A DNA stretch of 45,350 nucleotides, taken from positions 1 through 45,350 of the forward strand of contig JAHAWW010000040.1 of assembly GCA_018383375.1 (NCBI GenBank), in the 5' to 3' direction. Below are positions 8,157 through 15,723 of the stretch, in pieces (within the stretch, counting starts at the first letter, position 1; each line of letters opens with the position of its first letter). Below the pieces are notes generated by a model, which saw only the letters and a list, made by a program, of their open reading frames with translations, was not told the origin of the DNA and searched no databases. Origin of the DNA: Prevotellamassilia sp. Its GTDB lineage: Bacteria > Bacteroidota > Bacteroidia > Bacteroidales > Bacteroidaceae. The translations under genes were made by a program, and so were the position numbers.

Positions 8157-8561
8157 ATGATGAAACGCTACATTTCCATCTCTTTGTCTTTAGCCCTCGG
8201 CCTTATGGCTGTTGGGGGCTGCACAGACAGTTTCGACGACCGAATGGTCCATGAAGCCCAATCTTTCACGAAACAGCATTGTCCCAAGCGTCTCGACAAC
8301 GTCACCACGCTCGACAGCGCCACTTACGACGTAACGAGCCGCACCTATGCGCGCTGGTTTTCACTTTCGCCCGAGGCTGCGGCTGCCACACGGGGGCATG
8401 AGGTGAGTGTGCGCCAAGGACTGGTGAGCGAGCTGCTCAGTGACGTGACGCTGAGCGAATGCAAAGCAGAGAAGATTGCATTTCGTTATGTCTACCACAG
8501 TGCCGATACGAAGGAGGTCGTGATTGACCTCACCATCACGTCGGCCGACTATGGACAATAA
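8157..8561 (+). CDS. Hypothetical lipoprotein
   Basis: MMKRYISISLSLALGLMAVGG-C lipoprotein-type signal; TAACTTTG at 8126-8133. Confidence 0.8.
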   Translation: MMKRYISISLSLALGLMAVGGCTDSFDDRMVHEAQSFTKQHCPKRLDNVTTLDSATYDVTSRTYARWFSLSPEAAAATRGHEVSVRQGLVSELLSDVTLSECKAEKIAFRYVYHSADTKEVVIDLTITSADYGQ

Positions 8562-8584
8562 ACGAGAGGAGGAGAGAATATGAT

Positions 8585-8630
8585 AAAGCACCCCACCCTG
8601 CCATAATAGTAACGGGTGGGAGTGCTTTTT
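8585..8630. terminator. Terminator between convergent genes
   Basis: AAAGCACCCCACCC ... GGGTGGGAGTGCTTTTT. Confidence 0.7.
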
Positions 8631-8694
8631 ATTGTATGAGAGATATGCTTTGACGCGACAATAAGAAGTCTTGATTGTCCGCGCCGCGCCGGTG

Positions 8695-9423
8695 TCACTC
8701 TGCCGGCTTCATATTGGTGTAGACCGTCTGCACATCGTCAAACTCTTCGAGTCGCTCCACCATCTTGTCGATGCTTTCACGCTCCTCGTCGGTCACGTCT
8801 TTAAGGTCGTTGGGGATATAGGTAAACTCGGCACCAATCACTTCAAAACCATTCTCTTCGAGGTGTTTCTGAATTTGGCCGAAACATTTCGGGTCGCCAT
8901 AAATCGTGATGCTACCTTCCTCTTCGTCTTCGTCAAACTCGTCTTCCACACCATAGTCGATGAGGTCGAGGATGAGTTCGTCCATATCAATGCCGTCTTT
9001 TTTCTTGAAAGAAAACACGCTTTTATGGTCGAAGAGATAAGCCAGCGACCCCATTGTGCCGAGGTTGCCGTTGAACTTGTTGAACACTGAGCGCACGTCG
9101 CCCACCGTACGTGTTGGATTGTCGGTGAGGGTGTCGACGAATACAGCCACGCCGTGGGGGCCATAGCCCTCATAGGTCATTGTTTTGTATTCGCTCTGGT
9201 CTTTACCCATAGCGTTTTTGATGGCACGCTCAATGTTGTCTTTGGGCATATTCTCGCGCTTGGCCGTAGCGATGATGGCACGCAGCGTGGGGTTGTTTTC
9301 GGGTTCCGGACCGCCGGCCTTTACGGCCACGGCAATTTGTTTGCCAATTTTAGTGAATGTGCGGGCCATGTGACCCCATCTTTTCATTTTGGCTGCTTTG
9401 CGATATTCAAAAGCTCTTCCCAT
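8695..9423 (-). CDS. yebC: YebC/PmpR family protein
   Basis: MGRAFEYRK, NPTLR, NMPKDNIERAIK, YEGYGPHG, TDNPTRT and DDVQTVYTN motifs. Confidence 0.95.
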   Translation of the reverse strand: MGRAFEYRKAAKMKRWGHMARTFTKIGKQIAVAVKAGGPEPENNPTLRAIIATAKRENMPKDNIERAIKNAMGKDQSEYKTMTYEGYGPHGVAVFVDTLTDNPTRTVGDVRSVFNKFNGNLGTMGSLAYLFDHKSVFSFKKKDGIDMDELILDLIDYGVEDEFDEDEEEGSITIYGDPKCFGQIQKHLEENGFEVIGAEFTYIPNDLKDVTDEERESIDKMVERLEEFDDVQTVYTNMKPAE

Positions 9424-9465
9424 TGTTGATATTGTAAGTGGTTGTTTGTGATATGCAGGAATGTG

Positions 9466-11925
9466 TTATCTCAGTTTTGCGCCAAGCCCCTTTTCGAGCG
9501 CAGCCGTGATTTTCTTCATCACAGCCTCTGTTTGCTTGTCGTTCATGGTCTTGGTCTCGTCTTGCAACATAAAGTTGACGGCATAACTCTTTTTGCCCGG
9601 TTCGAGGTTTTTGCCCTCATAGACGTCAAAGAGTTTCACCGTTTTGAGCAATTTGCCACCTGCCGTGCGGCTGATGCGCTCAATGTCGGCAAAGGCCACA
9701 CCTTTGTCCACAAGCAGTGCCAAGTCTCGGCTCACGGCAGGATATTTGGGCAGTTCGCTGAACGAAACCGTGTTTTTGCGCACACGCTTCATCAAGCGGC
9801 TCCAAGCGAAGTCGGCATAAAAGACTTCGGCCGAGAGTTCGGGCATCAGTGCTCTGCGCAGAATGCCGTATTCCACGAGTGTCCGGCCACTGCGGTCTTT
9901 CACGGCCAGTGAACGGCTGAATATGTCGTTCTCGCCCTCAGCCTCGACCAGTTCTCCGGGTTTCAGTCCGAGTCGGCTCAAGATGGTTGCCACATAGCCT
10001 TTGATTTCGTATGCTGTGCTTTCTTCGTCGGCATGGGCCCAAGAGCCTTCCACACGGTGGCCCGTCAACCAGAGGCCGAGACGATATTCCTCGTGATAAG
10101 GAGCCAAAGGCCGGTCAGCTTGTCGGCGGTCAGCGTCGTAGGTGTAGCAGTTGCCCACTTCAAAGAGTTTCAGGTTGGCCTGCTTGCGGTTCACGTTGTG
10201 CAGGATGGTTTCCAGTCCGCCGAACACGAGGCTCTGGCGCATCACGCCCAAGTCAGAACTCAGCGGGTTGAGCACTTTCACGAGACGCTCTGCCGGATAA
10301 CTTTTCAAGTCCTTATAATAAGCCTCGCGGGTGAGCGAGTTGTTGAGAATTTCTCTAAATCCCATGCCCACGAGTTGCTCGGCAATAAGATTTTGCAGTT
10401 TGTATGAATGGTCTGCCTCGCCCTTGATGGTCAGGCTCGACTTCACGGCCGAGGGAATCTCGATGTTGTTATAGCCATAAATACGCAAGATGTCCTCGAC
10501 CACGTCACAAGGCCGCTGCACGTCAACCCTATAAGCCGGCACGCTCAGCGAGAGTCCTTCGGCGTCGTCGGCCGTGATGGTCATTTCGAGCGAAGAGACG
10601 ATGTCTTTGATTTCTTGGGCAGTGATGTCTTTGCCGATGAGTGCGCGGGCATAATCATAGTCCAAGCGCACGTCGAAGGCTTTGGTCAGGCCCGGCATCT
10701 CCACGTCTTTGATGTCCATGGCAATCTGTCCACCCGTAAGATCACGAACAAGGATGGCAGCCAGTTTGAGTGCATAAATTTGTCCGTCGGGGTCGATGCC
10801 TCGTTCAAAGCGGAAAGAAGCATCTGTGGCCAAACCGTGGCGTCGCGCACTCTTGCGTATCCAAGTGGGATGGAAATAAGCACTTTCGAGCAGTACGTCG
10901 GTAGTCGTTTCATACGTACCCGACCCTTTACCACCAAACACGCCGGCAATACACATTGGCTCTTCGGCATTACAGATGGCCAAGTCGCGCTCAGAGAGTT
11001 TATGTTCTACGCCATCGAGCGTGACAAAGGGCGTGCCTTCCGGCATCGTCTTGACCACGACCTTGCGGCCTTTAATCATATCCACGTCGAAGCAGTGCAG
11101 GGGTTGGCCGTAGGCCATCATCACGTAGTTCGTCACGTCAACCACATTGTTCACCGGTCTGAGGCCGATGGTCTCGAGTCTGGTCTTGAGCCATTCAGGA
11201 CTCTCGCCCACATGGCAGCCTTTGAGCGTCACGGCACAATATCTGGGACACGCCTCTGTCTGCTCCACCTCAATGTCGATGTCAAGGTCGTGAGAGTCAA
11301 CACTGAAAGTGCTCACGTCGTCGCGTTTGAGTTGAGCCGGGCGTCCATCGCGCAGCAGCCAAGCTTTGAGGTCGCGTGCCACGCCGTAGTGTGAGCAGGC
11401 ATCGGCTCTGTTGGGCGTGATGTCCACTTCGATGACATAGTCGCTCTCCACGTGATAATATTCGGCCGCGGCCATTCCCACGGGCGTGTCTTGTGGCAAC
11501 ACGATGATACCGTCATGGCTTGTGCCCACACCGATTTCATCTTCGGCACAAATCATACCGTGGCTCTCCACGCCTCTGAGTTTTGATTTTTTGATGACAA
11601 ATTCCTTGTCGCCGTCATAAAGCACGGTGCCGATAGTAGCCACCACCACTTTCTGCCCTTCGGCCACATTGGGCGCGCCGCAGACAATCTGTTTGGTTTC
11701 GCCCTCTCCGAGGTCGACTTGACACACGTGCATATGGTCGGAGTCGGGATGAGGCACACAAGACGTGACGAGTCCCACTTTGAGGCCTTTGAGGCCGCCT
11801 TTGATGGTTTCCACTTCTTCCACGCTGTCGGTTTCGAGTCCGATGGCCGTGAGAGCCTCAGCCGTCTGTTCGGGGGTGAGGTCGAAGTCGATGTAATGTT
11901 TGAGCCAGTTGTAAGAGATATTCAT
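9466..11925 (-). CDS. pheT: Phenylalanine--tRNA ligase beta subunit
   Basis: MNISYNWL start, IVCGAPNV, KLRGVESHGMIC, DITPNRAD, ASFRFERG and a C-terminal FDX-ACB domain (SRDLAL..FDVYEG). Confidence 0.97.
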   Translation of the reverse strand: MNISYNWLKHYIDFDLTPEQTAEALTAIGLETDSVEEVETIKGGLKGLKVGLVTSCVPHPDSDHMHVCQVDLGEGETKQIVCGAPNVAEGQKVVVATIGTVLYDGDKEFVIKKSKLRGVESHGMICAEDEIGVGTSHDGIIVLPQDTPVGMAAAEYYHVESDYVIEVDITPNRADACSHYGVARDLKAWLLRDGRPAQLKRDDVSTFSVDSHDLDIDIEVEQTEACPRYCAVTLKGCHVGESPEWLKTRLETIGLRPVNNVVDVTNYVMMAYGQPLHCFDVDMIKGRKVVVKTMPEGTPFVTLDGVEHKLSERDLAICNAEEPMCIAGVFGGKGSGTYETTTDVLLESAYFHPTWIRKSARRHGLATDASFRFERGIDPDGQIYALKLAAILVRDLTGGQIAMDIKDVEMPGLTKAFDVRLDYDYARALIGKDITAQEIKDIVSSLEMTITADDAEGLSLSVPAYRVDVQRPCDVVEDILRIYGYNNIEIPSAVKSSLTIKGEADHSYKLQNLIAEQLVGMGFREILNNSLTREAYYKDLKSYPAERLVKVLNPLSSDLGVMRQSLVFGGLETILHNVNRKQANLKLFEVGNCYTYDADRRQADRPLAPYHEEYRLGLWLTGHRVEGSWAHADEESTAYEIKGYVATILSRLGLKPGELVEAEGENDIFSRSLAVKDRSGRTLVEYGILRRALMPELSAEVFYADFAWSRLMKRVRKNTVSFSELPKYPAVSRDLALLVDKGVAFADIERISRTAGGKLLKTVKLFDVYEGKNLEPGKKSYAVNFMLQDETKTMNDKQTEAVMKKITAALEKGLGAKLR

Positions 11926-11950
11926 TGTGTCGATGCAGTGTTTGCTTTCT

Positions 11951-12094
11951 TGTCCCGGCATCCCCTCCCGCCTCGGGCCGCCTGCGACCTCCCACACCTG
12001 TCTATACAGTATATATGTATAGGAGGGGGAGCCCTCGGCGACAGCCGTAATGGCGTCGGGGGAGCCGGCACACATTTTGTGCGCCGCAAATTTA
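11951..12094 (-). promoter_or_regulatory. pheT promoter (TAAATTTG, 12094-12087) and structured GC-rich 5' leader
   Basis: Closing stem 12059-12068/11955-11965; internal hairpins at 12039-12058 and 12002-12022. Confidence 0.5.
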
Positions 12095-12173
12095 CGTTTT
12101 TTTGTTGGTTTGAGGCATTTTTGAGGGAGATAAAAACAGCCGGACCGGCTGGGGACGTGAAGAAAAAAAGATG

Positions 12174-12314
12174 CGGGGCTGAAAAGCCGTCGATGCGGCG
12201 GCCGCCGGTGTCGTAGTATTCGGCATCGTCAGTGGCGACGGCTTCCAGTTGGTCGATGGCGGTCGTCGCCTCTTGTTCTTCTCAGAGACCGATGGTGAAG
12301 GGCCGGGAACCGGA
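12174..12314 (-). pseudogene. Remnant 3' end of a type IX secretion substrate gene (CTD-like)
   Basis: Translates SGSRPFTIGL*EEQEATTAIDQLEAVATDDAEYYDTGGRRIDGFSAP; in-frame stop and no start codon. Confidence 0.6.
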
Positions 12315-12363
12315 CTATATACGTATGCGAGACGGACAAAAAACGCCATTTTGGGCCGTTCCT

Positions 12364-12471
12364 TATACCCCCAAATTGTTGCCTTTTTCCCAATCACACA
12401 ATCACGGCCTTGTTAAGTATGCTGATTTTCAGCGAATAACGGTGATTGGAGCGTTCAGTCACGCCAATCAC
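12364..12471 (+). repeat. CAATCAC / CTGA-N3-TCAG element, copy 1
   Basis: Core 12379-12462 matches the reverse complement of 19917-19999 with 3 substitutions and 1 indel. Confidence 0.9.
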
Positions 12472-12482
12472 CGCAGGTGCAC

Positions 12483-12537
12483 AAAAAAGCCGGAGCTTCG
12501 CCCAGTCCCGAGGGGGATATGGACAGAAGCTCCGGCT
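12483..12537 (-). terminator. rpsA intrinsic terminator
   Basis: AGCCGGAGCTTC ... GAAGCTCCGGCT followed by a T tract on the minus strand. Confidence 0.85.
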
Positions 12538-12560
12538 GGAGAGGTTATGCAGTGCAGGGA

Positions 12561-14348
12561 TTATTCGCCCTGCTCCATTTTGGCCTTGAGGGCTGCGAGG
12601 GCATCGTTGTCGCCGAGGCTGGTCGAAGCGGCCTGGTTTTGGATGGCCGGGGTGGCTTCGGTGTTGCGAGGAGCCTTGCGAACGGCTTTCTTCTCTGCAC
12701 GAGCCTCAGCACGTTGCGGATCTTCGAAGGTGCGGCTGTGTGAGAGGATGATGCGCTTGCTGTCTTTGTTGAACTCGATAACTTTGAAGCTGAGGGTTTC
12801 ACCCTGCTGAGCGCGGCTGCCATCTTCCTTAACGAGGTGTTTGGGAGTGGCGAAACCTTCAACGCCCTGCTCGAGCTGTACGACGGCGCCTTTGTCGAGG
12901 AGTTCGATGATGGTGCCTTCGTGTACGCTACCTTCGGTGAAGAGGGTTTCGAATACATCCCAGGGGTTCTCTTCGAGTTGCTTGTGACCGAGTGAGAGGC
13001 GACGGTTGTCTTTGTCGATTTCGAGAACGACTACCTCGATTTCGGCACCAATCTGAGTGAACTCTGAGGGGTGCTTGATTTTCTTGGTCCAAGAGAGGTC
13101 GGAGATGTGGATGAGACCGTCTACGCCTTCTTCAAGTTCAACGAATACACCGAAGTTGGTGAAATTGCGCACTTTGGCAGCGTGGCGTGAGCCAACGGGA
13201 TATTTCTCTTCGATGTCTTTCCAGGGGTCGTCTTTGAGTTGTTTGATGCCGAGCGACATCTTGCGGTCGGTGCGGTCGAGCGTCAGGATGACGGCTTCTA
13301 CCTCGTCGCCCACTTTGAGGAAGTCTTGGGCAGAACGGAGGTGTTGGCTCCAGCTCATTTCGCTCACGTGGATGAGGCCTTCAACGCCGGGAGCTACTTC
13401 AACGAATGCACCATAGTCGGCCATAACGACTACTTTGCCCTTCACTTTGTCGCCCACTTTGAGGTCGGGGTCGAGGGCATCCCAAGGATGGGGAGTGAGT
13501 TGTTTGAGACCGAGAGCAATGCGTTTTTTCTCTTCGTCGAAGTCGAGGATAACGACGTTGAGTTTTTGGTCGAGCTCAACGATTTCGTGCGGATCGCTCA
13601 CGCGGCCCCAGCTGAGGTCGGTGATGTGTACGAGACCGTCTACGCCGCCAAGGTCGATGAACACACCATAGGGGGTGATGTTTTTGACGGTGCCTTCGAG
13701 CACTTGACCTTTTTCGAGTTTAGAGATGATTTCTTGTTTCTGGGCTTCGAGTTCGGCCTCGATGAGGGCTTTGTGTGAAACAACGACGTTGCGGTATTCC
13801 TGGTTGATTTTGACAATCTGGAACTCCATGGTCTTGCCCACGAAGACGTCGTAGTCGCGGATGGGCTTAACGTCGATTTGTGAGCCGGGGAGGAAGGCTT
13901 CGATGCCGAACACGTCGACAATCATACCGCCCTTGGTGCGGCACTTGATGAAGCCCTTGACCACTTCTTTGGCCTCGAGAGCTTGGTTGACGCGCTCCCA
14001 TGAACGGCTGGCGCGTGCTTTTTTATGTGAAAGAACAAGTTTACCGCTCTTGTCTTCGAGATTTTCGACGTAAACTTCAACGACGTCGCCCACGGCGAGT
14101 TCGGGGTTGTAGCGGAATTCGCTGACGGGGATGATGGCGTCGCTCTTGTAGCCGATGTTGACGACTACTTCGCGCTTGTTGATGGCGATGACGTTACCGT
14201 CGATGACTTCGCCCATGTGGACGCTGCCGAGGGTTTGGCCGTAGGCTTCTTCGAGTTCGGTGTGGCTCTTTGAGGTCTCGGTGGCACCGTTTTCGAATGC
14301 ATTCCAGTCGAAGTCAGACAGGGGTGCAATGTTCTTAAAATTTTCCAT
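12561..14348 (-). CDS. rpsA: 30S ribosomal protein S1
   Basis: Six S1 repeats (AFLPGSQID, DGLVHITDLSW, EGLIHVSEMSW, DGLIHISDLSW). Confidence 0.98.
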   Translation of the reverse strand: MENFKNIAPLSDFDWNAFENGATETSKSHTELEEAYGQTLGSVHMGEVIDGNVIAINKREVVVNIGYKSDAIIPVSEFRYNPELAVGDVVEVYVENLEDKSGKLVLSHKKARASRSWERVNQALEAKEVVKGFIKCRTKGGMIVDVFGIEAFLPGSQIDVKPIRDYDVFVGKTMEFQIVKINQEYRNVVVSHKALIEAELEAQKQEIISKLEKGQVLEGTVKNITPYGVFIDLGGVDGLVHITDLSWGRVSDPHEIVELDQKLNVVILDFDEEKKRIALGLKQLTPHPWDALDPDLKVGDKVKGKVVVMADYGAFVEVAPGVEGLIHVSEMSWSQHLRSAQDFLKVGDEVEAVILTLDRTDRKMSLGIKQLKDDPWKDIEEKYPVGSRHAAKVRNFTNFGVFVELEEGVDGLIHISDLSWTKKIKHPSEFTQIGAEIEVVVLEIDKDNRRLSLGHKQLEENPWDVFETLFTEGSVHEGTIIELLDKGAVVQLEQGVEGFATPKHLVKEDGSRAQQGETLSFKVIEFNKDSKRIILSHSRTFEDPQRAEARAEKKAVRKAPRNTEATPAIQNQAASTSLGDNDALAALKAKMEQGE

Positions 14349-14415
14349 TAGTGAATAAAATAGTTAATTGTTAAAGGGTTGATTGATTGTGATACGAATA
14401 AAAGTTTAAGAATTG

Positions 14416-14491
14416 AAGAGGCTGAAAGACTAAAGTCACGAGCGGCAATGCCAACTCGTTGTCTCTTTGTCTTTTTCGTCTCTTTGTCTTT
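14416..14491. repeat. Degenerate 8-bp-period repeat upstream of rpsA
   Basis: GTCTCTTTGTCTTTTTCGTCTCTTTGTCTTT; the 17-mer at 14475-14491 is identical to 22280-22296. Confidence 0.6.
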
Positions 14492-14635
14492 CCTCTATCT
14501 TGTAAAACGGCGCGAAAATACGCATTTCTGTCGGAATGAACAAGTTTTTGCTTTTTTTCTTGCTGATATATCGATGAAAATCGGGGTTTTGCGTACCTTA
14601 GCCCACAAATCACATACACTTATCGTTTTTTTGAT

Positions 14636-15154
14636 ATGAAAAAAATTTATTTAGTCTCTCTGCTGCTCATCTCGACCCTGCTTTGGGCCTGTGGCGGCAA
14701 CGTGGAAAAAAAGTCGGAAGAGGCGGCCGACACGCTCGCTGCCGAACAGGCTCAGAGGATGCCGGTGGTGGACACTCCCGACACGACGGTCTACGGCCGG
14801 GCCGATGGTTTCGGACAGGGCGGTTTTGCGCTGGTGGCCGACGACGGCCGACTGCTTGAGCTCGCACTGACCAATGAGGCCGACGGCTCTATCGACGGTC
14901 ATTATGCCCGCATCTATGGCGACCGCGACGACACAGCACGCTATGCCGTGACCATCTGCCCCGACGGCGAATCGGTGGGCACGGTCATCAACCTCTCACA
15001 GCTCGACCGCTTCACCTCACACTATCGCATCCACAACGGCACGGTCATCATCACCGACGGGGAGAACGAAGACCCCGTTGTGATTGAACAACTCGACGAC
15101 CACAATTTCAAGGCCAAAGGCAAAAGCGGAAAAACTTATAGCTTCAAACTGTAA
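14636..15154 (+). CDS. Hypothetical lipoprotein
   Basis: MKKIYLVSLLLISTLLWA-C lipobox; host-like codon usage. Confidence 0.82.
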   Translation: MKKIYLVSLLLISTLLWACGGNVEKKSEEAADTLAAEQAQRMPVVDTPDTTVYGRADGFGQGGFALVADDGRLLELALTNEADGSIDGHYARIYGDRDDTARYAVTICPDGESVGTVINLSQLDRFTSHYRIHNGTVIITDGENEDPVVIEQLDDHNFKAKGKSGKTYSFKL

Positions 15155-15215
15155 GAGCAAAAGAGCAAAAGAGCAAGAGACTAAGAAATAAGGGATGAAA
15201 GAGCAGCTAAGCAAG
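15155..15215. repeat. Degenerate 8-bp-period repeat
   Basis: GAGCAAAA GAGCAAAA GAGCAAGA GACTAAGA... Confidence 0.55.
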
Positions 15216-15259
15216 GTCTGAAGAGCCGTAGCATAATTGCCCTTTCATCAATGATAGTT

Positions 15260-15306
15260 GGGCTGCGGTTCGGCATTTCAAACAAGTTTGATTGCTCTCA
15301 CCTTGC
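15260..15306 (+). repeat. REP-like palindromic repeat, single degenerate unit
   Basis: GGGCTGCGGTTCGGCATTTCAAACAAGTTTGATTGCTCTCACCTTGC resembles the GGCCGCGGCTCGG..AAACAAGTTT..TTGCTCTCGCTTGC unit in 33144-33332. Confidence 0.6.
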
Positions 15307-15550
15307 TCCAACTTGCAAGGCTTGCCGGGCCGCTCAATAATACTAAACAAAGCCTATTTTCAACCGCCTTTGCTTTCAAGCCTCTCCCGTGACGTTCAAA
15401 AACCGGGGTCGAGTGTGACATCTTTATGCTTAAAAAATGCAGACTAAGGATAAACAAATCTGGGCCAGGGAGAAAACGAAGGGGATGAGGGCGCAAAAAG
15501 CGCCGAAAACCAACCACGATGATTTCGATTAGGCCAAAAAGTTGAGGCCC

Positions 15551-15714
15551 TAAGGACAGTTTTTTCTAGAATAAGGACAGTTTTTCTTGTCAGTAACCCC
15601 GTATCCCGTATTTTTTCGTTAAATTCGCCTAAACATAAAAAAAGGTCGGCCACCACGGCCTACCTTTTTTCATCACTTAAAGATAACACTTCCAAACGGA
15701 TTTCAAAAAGACAA
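15551..15714 (-). repeat. Promoter-terminator-TAAGGACAG cassette, copy C (diverged)
   Basis: Minus strand: TTGTCTTTTT (15714-15705), TATCTTTA (15685-15678), hairpin 15637-15670 with T tract; TAAGGACAGTTTTT at 15551 and 15572. Confidence 0.65.
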
Positions 15715-15723
15715 ATCACCCTC

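Noticed and set aside
11926-12075. 50-aa N-terminal extension of PheT or a Phe leader peptide
   Set aside because: PheT homology begins at MNISYNWL and the extension has no Phe codons.
12232-12810. 192-aa plus-strand ORF sharing LPFSQSHNHGLV with ORFs near 19824-20185
   Set aside because: The shared peptide is just the dispersed DNA repeat; the frame also runs through the rpsA terminator and is antisense to rpsA.
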